A stretch of DNA of 19,345 bases from an uncultured archaeon (GCA_964426185.1 CAYRPF010000066.1:1-19345), one strand, 5' to 3'; positions 6,879-15,658 are shown, counted from the stretch's first letter. Numbers and translations are program-made. The notes: generated by a model not told the origin, from the letters alone.

Positions 6879-9176
6879 ATGACTTTCATGCACACTGCAC
6901 ACCAAAAAATAAAAAAAATTCGCATTGCCCTCGCAGGGCAACCAAATGTTGGAAAAAGTGTGATTTTCAATAATCTCACAGGATTAAGTCAAACCATTGG
7001 AAATTGGCCTGGCAAAACAGTTGCCAAAGCCGAAGGAACGGCACAATTTCACGATTACATCTTTGAAATAATAGACTTACCGGGAATTTATTCATTATCC
7101 ACATATTCATTGGAAGAAATTGTTAGCCGTGATTATATCCTTAACGAACACCCAGATTATATCATTAATGTCATTGATGCTACTCATTTAGAGCGAAATC
7201 TCTTCTTTACTCTCCAATTAACCATGCTAGAAGTTCCGATGATTTTAGCGCTTAACCAAATTGACTTGCTGGAAGAACGAGGATATCAAATTGACGTGGC
7301 AAAGTTCAGTCAAATCTTAAATTATCCAGTTATTCCCACTATTGCCGTCCATAATCTCGGAGTTCACGAACTATTAGAACAAATAATTGAAATTGAAGAA
7401 GAAAAACAGCAAAAATCTCCAATTTCTACCGCTTCTAATCTACAAGGAAAAAATGATAATCAACTAGAGCCACAAATTAAAAATTCAAGCAAAATTAATA
7501 ACCAAAAGGGAAAAAACAAGATATTTTGGCCTAAAAAATATAGAACGCATCATAGAAGACATCATAAAGAGCATCCTAGATCTCAACACAATTCATTTTC
7601 ACAACATCCCATTCATCGAAAATCCAGAGACTGGAATCTTCATACTTCTCATATTTTCTCAGAAAACGCTCATTTACTTTGGGATACAAAACTTAAATCC
7701 GGCTATAAACTTAAACTTGGGAAAGAAGTCGAAATCGTTTTAGAAAAAATCATTACAAAAATCTCCACAAACGTTGAGACGGCTAATTATCCTGTTCGAT
7801 TTTTAGCTTTTAAATTAATAGAACAAGATGAAGAATCGATAAGAAAACTTCGAGAGAGTAATCCCAATAATAATAAGGAAATTGATCAACTTCTATATTA
7901 TGTAGCGGAATTACGTAAAAATCTAGAAGAAATGCATGGAGAACAAATTGACACTATTCTAAATGCTGAACTCTATCAAATCTCAACTCAAATTGTAAAT
8001 CAGACTTTAATTCTAAAATCACGAACTAGAAAACAAACCTGGGCACATTATTTAGATCACATTACTTTAGGAAATGTTAGTGGCTATATTATATTTTTCG
8101 GGCTGATGTTGGGCATTTATTTTACAATTTTTCGCTTTGGAGATTGGGTAAGTGGATTAATGGATGGTTTATATAACACATGGACCACAGAAGTTGAAGT
8201 TTTGATGGATCCAACTTCTTGGGTATATAAGATTATATGGGTAAGTGTAGTTGGAGGATTATTTGCTGGAATCGGTGGTGTTCTCCCATATGTTATTTCA
8301 TTTTTCTTTATCATTGAAATTCTTCAAGATACAGGATATCTTCCCAGAGCAGCATATTTGATGGATCGATTTATGCACCATATAGGAGTTCATGGGAAAA
8401 CTATCATTCCAATTTTAATTGGATTTGGTTGCAATGTTCCCGCAGTCAGTGCTGCGATGATAATGGAAACAGAAAAGGAAAAAAAGCGGGCAATTCTCAT
8501 TTCATCCATGATTCCATGTTCCGCGGTAACCACGATTGTGTTAGGCTTAGTTGCCAAAAATATGGGTTTCACCTGGGCAGTTATTTTATATATCATTAAT
8601 TTTGGAATTATTATCTTGGTAGGAAGAATACTGACCAAGTTGGATAAATCCAAAGTCATGGAATCCGAATTGATAATTGAATTGCATGAATTCCGCCGAC
8701 CAAACATCCAAGTCATTGCAAAGCAAACCTGGGCCCGTAGTAAAGAATTTGTGGTTATGGCGCTACCATTAATTGTAGTTTTAGGAATTCTACTGCAAAT
8801 CTTGATGGAATTTAATCTTACAGATCCTATTAACACCATTCTATCTCCAATTACTGTATACATCCTCGGATTGCCAATAGGAGTAGGAGTTTACTTATTT
8901 TACGGAGTGTTACGGAAAGAGTTGAATTTAGTTTTGCTGGAACTTTTTGTCGCCTCTCAAGGGTTAACAATGATTCAGTATATGACACCTTTGCAAATGC
9001 TCACATTCACCATGGTTACCATGCTCTATATTCCCTGTTTAGCCACTATAATTACTATTAAAAAAGAAACGGGCTGGAAGTTTGCATTACAAATTCTATT
9101 TTTGGAGATAGGTATTGCTCTCATTATAGGATGGATAATGCATGGATTGGGATTATTAGTAGAACTCCTATTGTAA
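6879..9176 (+). CDS. feoB: Ferrous iron transport protein B with a His-rich insertion (ORF open from 6783; likely start 6879 or 6888)
   Basis: G1 GQPNVGKS, G2 GNWPGKT, G3 DLPG.YSL, LERNL, G4 NQID, gate motifs GY..RAA..MDR and GFGCNVP, and C-terminal LY.PC.AT. Confidence 0.96.
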   Translation: MTFMHTAHQKIKKIRIALAGQPNVGKSVIFNNLTGLSQTIGNWPGKTVAKAEGTAQFHDYIFEIIDLPGIYSLSTYSLEEIVSRDYILNEHPDYIINVIDATHLERNLFFTLQLTMLEVPMILALNQIDLLEERGYQIDVAKFSQILNYPVIPTIAVHNLGVHELLEQIIEIEEEKQQKSPISTASNLQGKNDNQLEPQIKNSSKINNQKGKNKIFWPKKYRTHHRRHHKEHPRSQHNSFSQHPIHRKSRDWNLHTSHIFSENAHLLWDTKLKSGYKLKLGKEVEIVLEKIITKISTNVETANYPVRFLAFKLIEQDEESIRKLRESNPNNNKEIDQLLYYVAELRKNLEEMHGEQIDTILNAELYQISTQIVNQTLILKSRTRKQTWAHYLDHITLGNVSGYIIFFGLMLGIYFTIFRFGDWVSGLMDGLYNTWTTEVEVLMDPTSWVYKIIWVSVVGGLFAGIGGVLPYVISFFFIIEILQDTGYLPRAAYLMDRFMHHIGVHGKTIIPILIGFGCNVPAVSAAMIMETEKEKKRAILISSMIPCSAVTTIVLGLVAKNMGFTWAVILYIINFGIIILVGRILTKLDKSKVMESELIIELHEFRRPNIQVIAKQTWARSKEFVVMALPLIVVLGILLQILMEFNLTDPINTILSPITVYILGLPIGVGVYLFYGVLRKELNLVLLELFVASQGLTMIQYMTPLQMLTFTMVTMLYIPCLATIITIKKETGWKFALQILFLEIGIALIIGWIMHGLGLLVELLL

Positions 9177-10007
9177 TTTTTTCTCATTAATATTAACAAA
9201 GAAATCCCTAATTGCACCAACAACAGCAGGACCTTCCACATCTAAAGGCATAGTGTGGCCAGAACGATCAAACCAGCGTATTTCAACCGGACCGGATACT
9301 TTTTTTTCAATTAAATGAGCAATAGGTGGAAGAATGGTATCATCTAAGTGAGAATGGCATTCCAATACGGGACAGCGAACTTTGGATAAATTTTTACGAA
9401 CTAAATCACCCAAACACCGCAGTTCTCGGGCAGAACGGAGAGAACGAAAAGAATAACACTCATTAAAAAAGGGTGTATCTTCTTCTTTTTCATCATATAT
9501 ATTAATCCTTCCAAGTAAGGTGGTAACCAACCGACTTTGCCAGGTTAATTTGATTGCGGGAGCAGTAACTGCACATGCCTCTAGTAAATTTTTTTCAGCC
9601 ATTAAAAGAGCCAAAGCACCCCCCATAGATTGCCCGTAGATAAATACATGCCTATACGCTTTTCGAGCTTGCTCGATTTCATTTCTTACAGCATTAACCC
9701 AATCAGTGTATTTTACCTGAGAAATAATTTGTTTCGCTTTCGACTCATCACGAATTCCATGCCCAGGTAATAAAGGAACAGATACAGCAAATCCAATCTC
9801 ATGAACAGCACGCGCAATTGGAAGTGCTTCATATGGGCTTGCCGTCCAACCGTGTAAACAAATAACTATAGAATCACGAGTAGTTTCTGGCAATAATACT
9901 GGTTTAGAGTGATGTAATAGTAAATCATCCGGAGGTATATCCTGCGGAGAAAAAGCAGATAATCCCTTATACCAGATATCATCTTTGTAATCTTTATCCT
10001 CATTCAT
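9168..10007 (-). CDS. Alpha/beta-hydrolase, carboxylesterase/monoacylglycerol lipase type
   Basis: Oxyanion LHGW, P.LPGHG, nucleophile GQSMGG, acid in HLDDTI, His in SGH. The 3' end overlaps feoB by 9 nt. Confidence 0.9.
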   Translation of the reverse strand: MNEDKDYKDDIWYKGLSAFSPQDIPPDDLLLHHSKPVLLPETTRDSIVICLHGWTASPYEALPIARAVHEIGFAVSVPLLPGHGIRDESKAKQIISQVKYTDWVNAVRNEIEQARKAYRHVFIYGQSMGGALALLMAEKNLLEACAVTAPAIKLTWQSRLVTTLLGRINIYDEKEEDTPFFNECYSFRSLRSARELRCLGDLVRKNLSKVRCPVLECHSHLDDTILPPIAHLIEKKVSGPVEIRWFDRSGHTMPLDVEGPAVVGAIRDFFVNINEKKLQ

Positions 10008-10078
10008 GATAGAAGGGTAGGTGAATGAATTAAAAAATATTTTGTGAAAACAGTAAAGTGTATATAAAAAATTATTTC

Positions 10079-11008
10079 TTAATTTGCTAAATTGAGTGAA
10101 TTCTGCATCAAGTGGAATAACTCGGCAGGATTGATATCTTTTACAAAAGTATTGATAAAGGGGCTTTCATTACACGCTTGTACAAAATTAGGAAACATTT
10201 GGTTAAATTGGATATCATTTGAAGGGAGTGAACGACATAAATTGCTTAATCGCTTGTTTTTCCAATTAAAATTCAATAAAACTTGAATAAATTGACAAAA
10301 CTGCGTACGTTGTGCAAAATAGGGTGATTCGGATTGAAATCTTTCAGTAGGTATCAATTTGATTAAAACTGTAGGTACATTCGAATAGGGAAAATATGCT
10401 TTTTTAGGGATAGTTTCGATTAAATAAATTTGAAAATAAAGTGAACTGAGAGCAGAAATGAAAGTATAATGAGATTCACCGGGTTGGGCGACAAGATGTT
10501 TAAAAAATTCCTTTTGCAGAATTAGAATATATGATATACATGGACCTTCAAAAAGAAATTTTAAAAAGAGAGGAATTGATATGGAAAATGGGATATTTGA
10601 AACAATTTTGAGAGAACCTACTTTGGGAAATGGAATTGCTAATATATCAGCATGAACCAGATTAATATGGGCTTTTTTCGGAATATTATGTAAAAATTTA
10701 ATATTTCTAAGATCGTGGCAGAATACGGATGTTTTAGACGAAAAATAAGTGTTAAGATATGAAATAGAAGGAGAAAAAGTGTCAATGAGAAAGATATATT
10801 TCGCTTTTGACCAATAATACTCGGTAATAGCTCCAAATCCCGGTCCGATTTCTAAAACAGTATCTTCTTGCGGATTTAGAGATAAAGCTTCAACGGCATG
10901 TCTACATATTGTAGCATTCACCAAGTAGCTTTGTCCCAATTGTTGATCTGGGGTGAATCGATATGAATTGAAGATTTTTTTCAGAGAATGGGGTGAAAGA
11001 AGCGGCAT
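10079..11008 (-). CDS. rsmA: KsgA/Dim1-family rRNA adenine dimethyltransferase, divergent
   Basis: LGQSYL (cf. LGQNFL), SAM motif VLEIGPGFGAIT, SNIPFSIS (cf. NLPY.IS), QKEF...L.A.PG...Y..IS. Confidence 0.75.
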   Translation of the reverse strand: MPLLSPHSLKKIFNSYRFTPDQQLGQSYLVNATICRHAVEALSLNPQEDTVLEIGPGFGAITEYYWSKAKYIFLIDTFSPSISYLNTYFSSKTSVFCHDLRNIKFLHNIPKKAHINLVHADILAIPFPKVGSLKIVSNIPFSISIPLFLKFLFEGPCISYILILQKEFFKHLVAQPGESHYTFISALSSLYFQIYLIETIPKKAYFPYSNVPTVLIKLIPTERFQSESPYFAQRTQFCQFIQVLLNFNWKNKRLSNLCRSLPSNDIQFNQMFPNFVQACNESPFINTFVKDINPAELFHLMQNSLNLAN

Positions 11009-11032
11009 AACTAATCAATATCTGTATTTATC

Positions 11033-11980
11033 TCAGTATTTTACCTTGCAACCTCGGGTTTGTAAATTTTTAAACCAATTGATCCATTCTGTATCGAAAG
11101 AAATTGGATTATTATTCACCCAAAATGTTCTTAAATTATTCAATTGACGTAACGAATCAGGAAGAATTGTCAGTTGGTTATCGGAAAGGGTGAGATATTC
11201 CAAGTTTTCAAGGTTTCCCATTTGTTCAGGAAGTAACTGTAATTTGTTGGAAATAAGATTACATTCCTTGAGGTGGATTAGTTTAACAAATGATTCGGGT
11301 AATTGTTCTAATTTGTTTTTAAATGCAGAAAATTCCCTCAATTTAGTGAGATTTTCGATAGTTTCTGGAATTTCTTGGATTTTATTATTTCCAAAAGTAA
11401 AATGTTCCAATTGTCTTAAATTTTCGATATGGTTGGGAATATTAGTTATATTGTTGCTATACGCGATTAATCTGGTTAAGGAAGTCATGTTAAAAAGCCA
11501 TGAAGGTAATTTATTCAATTGTAGTTCATTAATAGCTATGCTTTTTAATTTTACAAATTTCTGGATAAATTCAGGCACTTTTTTTAGTGGATTTCCTCCT
11601 ATTTTCAGTACTTCCAGTTGATTTAGCTGAAGAAGAGATGAATCTATTTGATGAAAGCTATTTTTTGAAATATTCAAGTGTCGCAGAGTGGGGATTTGTA
11701 GTATTCCATGAGATAGGGATGAAAGCAGATTATTTCCAAGATCAAGGTGAATTAAATAGGTAAATGCTTCAATTTCCCGTGGAATCACATTTAATTTCAT
11801 ATTTTGGAGTTCTAAGGCAACCACATGCCCAGCAATTATTTTTACACCAAAATGCTGATATGAAAATCGTTCACACCGGGGAATTGGAGTCCCAATAATA
11901 GAAGTCAATTGTATCAATGCTTCTTTTTCTCGAATGTTTAGATCCGAATAATCATTGATTCCACTGGAATGATAATCCAC
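11033..11980 (-). CDS. Leucine-rich repeat protein (about 10.5 repeats of 23 aa)
   Basis: Repeated LxxLxLxxNxLxxLPxxIxxLxx, with N-cap E.EAL..L...IG.PIP...F....GHVV.L and C-cap L..RGC.V of the kind seen in Lokiarchaeal LRR proteins. GTG start. Confidence 0.93.
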   Translation of the reverse strand: MDYHSSGINDYSDLNIREKEALIQLTSIIGTPIPRCERFSYQHFGVKIIAGHVVALELQNMKLNVIPREIEAFTYLIHLDLGNNLLSSLSHGILQIPTLRHLNISKNSFHQIDSSLLQLNQLEVLKIGGNPLKKVPEFIQKFVKLKSIAINELQLNKLPSWLFNMTSLTRLIAYSNNITNIPNHIENLRQLEHFTFGNNKIQEIPETIENLTKLREFSAFKNKLEQLPESFVKLIHLKECNLISNKLQLLPEQMGNLENLEYLTLSDNQLTILPDSLRQLNNLRTFWVNNNPISFDTEWINWFKNLQTRGCKVKY

Positions 11981-12285
11981 ATGATCTTATGGAACTATGA
12001 ATTATATTTCTTTATCTCTTTTTCTTTTGAGAACATATGAAAAAGATTTAAATATGAGTTCTACTCGTTTTTAAATAAGAGCGTAAGAATAAAAATTTTG
12101 CATGAATTAAGGTTTTTATATTATTACATCCAATTTATTTAAGCAAAAAGTTGGAAATTTTTTCACCAATTCGACAAAAATTCTTGAAAAATAACCTTTA
12201 AATCTTAGATGGTCTTTTTGTTCATATTGGATCGTATTAATTGAAAAAAATTTGAAAGATTGCAAAAATTACGGGCTGAAGAATC

Positions 12286-12786
12286 GTGGAAATGGAGTTA
12301 AATCTGAATATGAGTCTGAATGGGAATGAAATAATTCCTCAAAGTCTTGAAAGGATGATTGATGAGGCAATTGAGCAAGATTTTGTAGAAGTACTCCCCA
12401 TTACAGAGGAAGATCGGCTCAATGATATGTATAAAGCCATCATGTTCTCATTTAATTCAGCCTATGTTGAAATTCTATATGAACGGAAAGTAATTAGCAA
12501 AGACCAACTCTCACTTGTCATCCCGCATGAACAGTTCTTATTTGGTTTTAAACCTACTGATGGATTATGCATATTTTCAAATAAAGAAGCACATAAAGAA
12601 ATGTTATGCGATGGACCAGTTCGAGAATTAGCGCGTCAATGTCCATTAACTCAATCTTTGCAATATATTTTAGTCCCTTTAAATGATTTTCAAGTATGGT
12701 CATATATTCCTATTTGTTGCTCAAATAAAGATACCTGCCCATTAAAAACCAGACCGTTAGCTTATCGTCGAGATTTATTCCATTAG
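12286..12786 (+). CDS. Hypothetical protein with a Cys-rich C-terminal half
   Basis: 166-aa ORF filling the gap between genes, globular composition, 6 Cys including CCxxxxxCP. TATA-like TTTAAAT at ~12197. Confidence 0.7.
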   Translation: MEMELNLNMSLNGNEIIPQSLERMIDEAIEQDFVEVLPITEEDRLNDMYKAIMFSFNSAYVEILYERKVISKDQLSLVIPHEQFLFGFKPTDGLCIFSNKEAHKEMLCDGPVRELARQCPLTQSLQYILVPLNDFQVWSYIPICCSNKDTCPLKTRPLAYRRDLFH

Positions 12787-12836
12787 CTTATCGTCGAGAT
12801 TTATTCCATTAGCTTATCGTCGAGATTTGTTCCATT
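12757..12836. repeat. Tandem repeat, 3 x 26 bp (TTAGCTTATCGTCGAGATTTATTCCA), spanning two convergent stop codons
   Basis: Units 12757-12782, 12783-12808 and 12809-12834 (one A>G in the third). Confidence 0.95.
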
Positions 12837-14547
12837 GTTTTTGTAACCATTTTGGTGATACATGGTGAATAATACAATTCCAAGGCCGTTCCCCAAACGG
12901 AAGAGATTTTATTTCTTGGAAATAGGAAGAGATCTCCTGCCGCCAAATGTGTGAATCATCAAGACAATATTTATACCAATCTTTCGGTTTTAAACTCTCT
13001 CTATACCATTCTTCGATTAATCGAGCAAACCTCTCATCACCCAAAGCCAACACTGTTTGAAGATAGGCTTCGTAGAGACTCATAAAACTAAGTTGAATTT
13101 TTGAATTTTTCTGCAAAGCCCTCTTAATAAATTTGATTTTTTGTTTTAACTGTGGCATTTGAGGATCAAGATAAGCATCAACTGCAGTCTCAAAGGGAGT
13201 ATGAGCTTTAGGTATAAATGGGTTCAAGCTAACTCTTATATTTCTTTTACCAAAACCCAATTCACACAATTGATTTAGCAAGATAATGAGTTGGTCGATA
13301 TCATCATCTTGTTCAAATGGAAATCCAAAAATTACATATATTTTTAGAGCAGTTATATTTAATTTGCGTAGCAAACGTGCCCCTTGGATAATTTCAATAT
13401 TAGTTAGATGCTTATTCAACCTTTTTCGTAGAGAATCTGAACCCGTTTCTGGAGCAATGGTAACGGTTTTCATCCCGCCTTTTTGCAGAAGATGAGCCAT
13501 TTCGGGAGTTAATTTATCAATGCGGATAGATGGAACGTTAAGCCCCCAGCCGTGACTTATTATAAATTCGGCTATTTCTTTAAAATCGGAATGATCGGTA
13601 ACCGAAGAGCCAATAAGGGCAATCCGAGAGATATTTGTTAAGCTACTGCCTTTTAAAATAATTTTTTGAATATTTTCAAGACTTCGGAACCGATATGGTT
13701 TAACTTGGTTTCCTGTCATGCAAAATCGACATATATGGGGGCATCCTCTAGCTATCTCAACAAACAATGCATCAGTAAAGGCAATGTTCGAGGAAAGCCC
13801 TTCTCCTTCCTTTTCACCCTTTTTTTGCTGCTGATTATTTAAAATAGGTTTAATCTGAGCTAATGGGTGAGGAATTTCGTCTAAATTTTTGGCAATCACA
13901 TGGGAAATAAAGAGCTTCCCAGGTAAATCTCTGATGCTAACGGAATCGGATTGAGGACACCAAAATCCAGGTATTTTGGCAAGCAAATTCAAAAATGCAG
14001 ATTTAATTGCCGAAAAAGAAACATAATCTGAATTTTCTGACGCTTCAAACCAGGTGGTAATAAATTGAGAATTAATTGGCTCAATTTCTCCTATAAATAC
14101 GGCATCCAAAAAAGATAACAATGGTAAAGGATTAGAACGAATGGTTGCACCTCCCGCAATGATTACGGGAAAATCAATATCATTTGTGCCGTTTGGAGTG
14201 ATATTTCGCTGATTTCGATAAAAGGGTATGTGGGCATTTTCCAAAAACCAGAGTAAATGAGGATAATCTAACTCATAGGAAAAAGTAAAAGCAATAAGAT
14301 CAAATTGATTAAGGGGAATATGATTTTCAAGAGAAAGAATCGGTTTAAAACGCCCTCCTGATGGAAGGGGCGAAGGATTATCTGGAAGAAAAAAGCGTTC
14401 GCAAATCACCCGTTCATGAGAATTCCATAACGAATAGAGAGTTTGCACCGTTAACCCTGCCATAGCAGAATAATGATTGGGATAAACCAGTGCAATTTTG
14501 AAAGAGTTAGAATTCCATGGTTTGATGATGACATTTTCTTCTTTCAT
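12814..14547 (-). CDS. Uncharacterised radical SAM protein (COG1032 / TIGR03960-related, with a B12-binding-like N-terminal domain)
   Basis: IALVYPN.Y, CER.F, SLE...PL..FD.IAF..SYELDY, AGG....NP.P, IGE.E, EIARGCPHICRFC (CxxxCxxC), S.R.D, TIAPETGS..LR..LNK, F.PK.HTPF. Confidence 0.9.
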   Translation of the reverse strand: MKEENVIIKPWNSNSFKIALVYPNHYSAMAGLTVQTLYSLWNSHERVICERFFLPDNPSPLPSGGRFKPILSLENHIPLNQFDLIAFTFSYELDYPHLLWFLENAHIPFYRNQRNITPNGTNDIDFPVIIAGGATIRSNPLPLLSFLDAVFIGEIEPINSQFITTWFEASENSDYVSFSAIKSAFLNLLAKIPGFWCPQSDSVSIRDLPGKLFISHVIAKNLDEIPHPLAQIKPILNNQQQKKGEKEGEGLSSNIAFTDALFVEIARGCPHICRFCMTGNQVKPYRFRSLENIQKIILKGSSLTNISRIALIGSSVTDHSDFKEIAEFIISHGWGLNVPSIRIDKLTPEMAHLLQKGGMKTVTIAPETGSDSLRKRLNKHLTNIEIIQGARLLRKLNITALKIYVIFGFPFEQDDDIDQLIILLNQLCELGFGKRNIRVSLNPFIPKAHTPFETAVDAYLDPQMPQLKQKIKFIKRALQKNSKIQLSFMSLYEAYLQTVLALGDERFARLIEEWYRESLKPKDWYKYCLDDSHIWRQEISSYFQEIKSLPFGERPWNCIIHHVSPKWLQKQWNKSRR

Positions 14548-14555
14548 ATTTATCC

Positions 14556-14688
14556 TCTTCTTTCATATAGTATCAAATAATACTTTCTTCTCTCATATAG
14601 TATCAAATAATACTTTCTTCTTTCATATAGTATCAAATAATACTTTCTTCTTTCATATAGTATCAAATAATACCTTCTTCTTTTATAT
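14556..14688. repeat. Tandem repeat, 4 x 30 bp plus a partial unit (TCTTCTTTCATATAGTATCAAATAATACTT), in the 5' region of the radical SAM gene
   Basis: Units start at 14556, 14586, 14616 and 14646 (at most 1 mismatch each), with a partial unit at 14676. A further partial copy at 14536-14549 is the gene's own start. No spacers. Confidence 0.95.
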
Positions 14689-14774
14689 ATAACAGAAATT
14701 TCCCAAGATCCCGATCATATCACTATAATCCCGATGTTTATTATTCTTCTATCGAACTTTACTTTGTTGGTTAT

Positions 14775-15083
14775 ATGAATCCTATGCGCTTTCAAGATGA
14801 AAAAGAATATTATGTGGAATTGCTCGAGAAATTTGATGAGCAAGTTATTCAGAAAAATAATGATTTGGATGAATTTTTCGCAAAAGAAATTATTTCCATC
14901 ATGCATGAATTAAAGCAAGAAAAGGAAAATATCCCATTAATGTTAAACATCACCAAAAACATGTTATTAATTTTGTTATCATTTTATCATGAACAGCGAA
15001 ATCATAAGGAGTATACTGCTTTTTGTGAATTAGCTGAAGGTCAGAAAAATCATATCAAGAATTGTTTATTTTCTCTAATCTAG
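14775..15083 (+). CDS. Hypothetical small helical protein
   Basis: 102-aa ORF with natural composition; overlaps the Lrp gene convergently by 4 nt. Confidence 0.65.
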   Translation: MNPMRFQDEKEYYVELLEKFDEQVIQKNNDLDEFFAKEIISIMHELKQEKENIPLMLNITKNMLLILLSFYHEQRNHKEYTAFCELAEGQKNHIKNCLFSLI

Positions 15084-15658
15084 AAGAAAACTTCACTTAA
15101 ATTCTCGTCTTGCTCTTCATCATCCAAATTCACTTCATCTTCTTCATCATCGTCAAAATATTCACCTTGTTCCTCTGGTTTTAATAAACTTTCAATAAAC
15201 TGGAACAATTTTTGCCCCTTAAAGATATTAGTTAGTCCGATCGTAATGATCGTATCAATATAAGGATTTTTTTGGAATTCTTCCAGAAAATCGGCTGCAT
15301 GTTCCTCATCCCGAAATGTAGCAATACAATGAATCTGATCATCATCACCCACACTGATAAACAAAACTTCATCATACTGCTCACTAATATACTTGGCGAA
15401 ACTTTCTAAAAACATGGAATCCAATTTTCCGATCACCATCTTTTTTAATCGAATGGCTAACAATTTATGGGTAGTCAGCCCTATTTCATGGGGGTTAATT
15501 ACGATAGTGTATCGTTCCAAAATATTCGATTCACGGAGTTTATGCAAGCGATGATAAATAGTTGAGGTTTTAACATTAAGATCTCGGGCTAAATTTTTAA
15601 GGGATATCCGCGCGTTTTCTTCCATGGCTGCCAGTAATTTCATATCTATTTTATCCAA
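15080..15658 (-). CDS. Lrp/AsnC-family transcriptional regulator with an acidic C-terminal tail
   Basis: LD.ID.KLL..M.ENAR.S...LA..L.V..STI..RL.KL.E..I...Y...I.P..IG is the Lrp wHTH and linker, followed by a RAM-like domain. TTG start with GGTGA RBS. Confidence 0.9.
   Translation of the reverse strand: MDKIDMKLLAAMEENARISLKNLARDLNVKTSTIYHRLHKLRESNILERYTIVINPHEIGLTTHKLLAIRLKKMVIGKLDSMFLESFAKYISEQYDEVLFISVGDDDQIHCIATFRDEEHAADFLEEFQKNPYIDTIITIGLTNIFKGQKLFQFIESLLKPEEQGEYFDDDEEDEVNLDDEEQDENLSEVFF

Noticed and set aside
14507-14656. Selenoprotein by UGA read-through (MKEESIIUYY repeats)
   Set aside because: No SECIS recognised, no redox motif, and out of frame with the radical SAM gene.
14556-14688. 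CRISPR array (30-bp repeat with internal palindrome)
   Set aside because: The units are head-to-tail with no unique spacers, and there are no cas genes in the window.
14498-14692. 64-aa + strand ORF (FFHIVSNNTF x4)
   Set aside because: A by-product of a 30-bp repeat lacking stops in that frame; it overlaps the radical SAM start in antisense.
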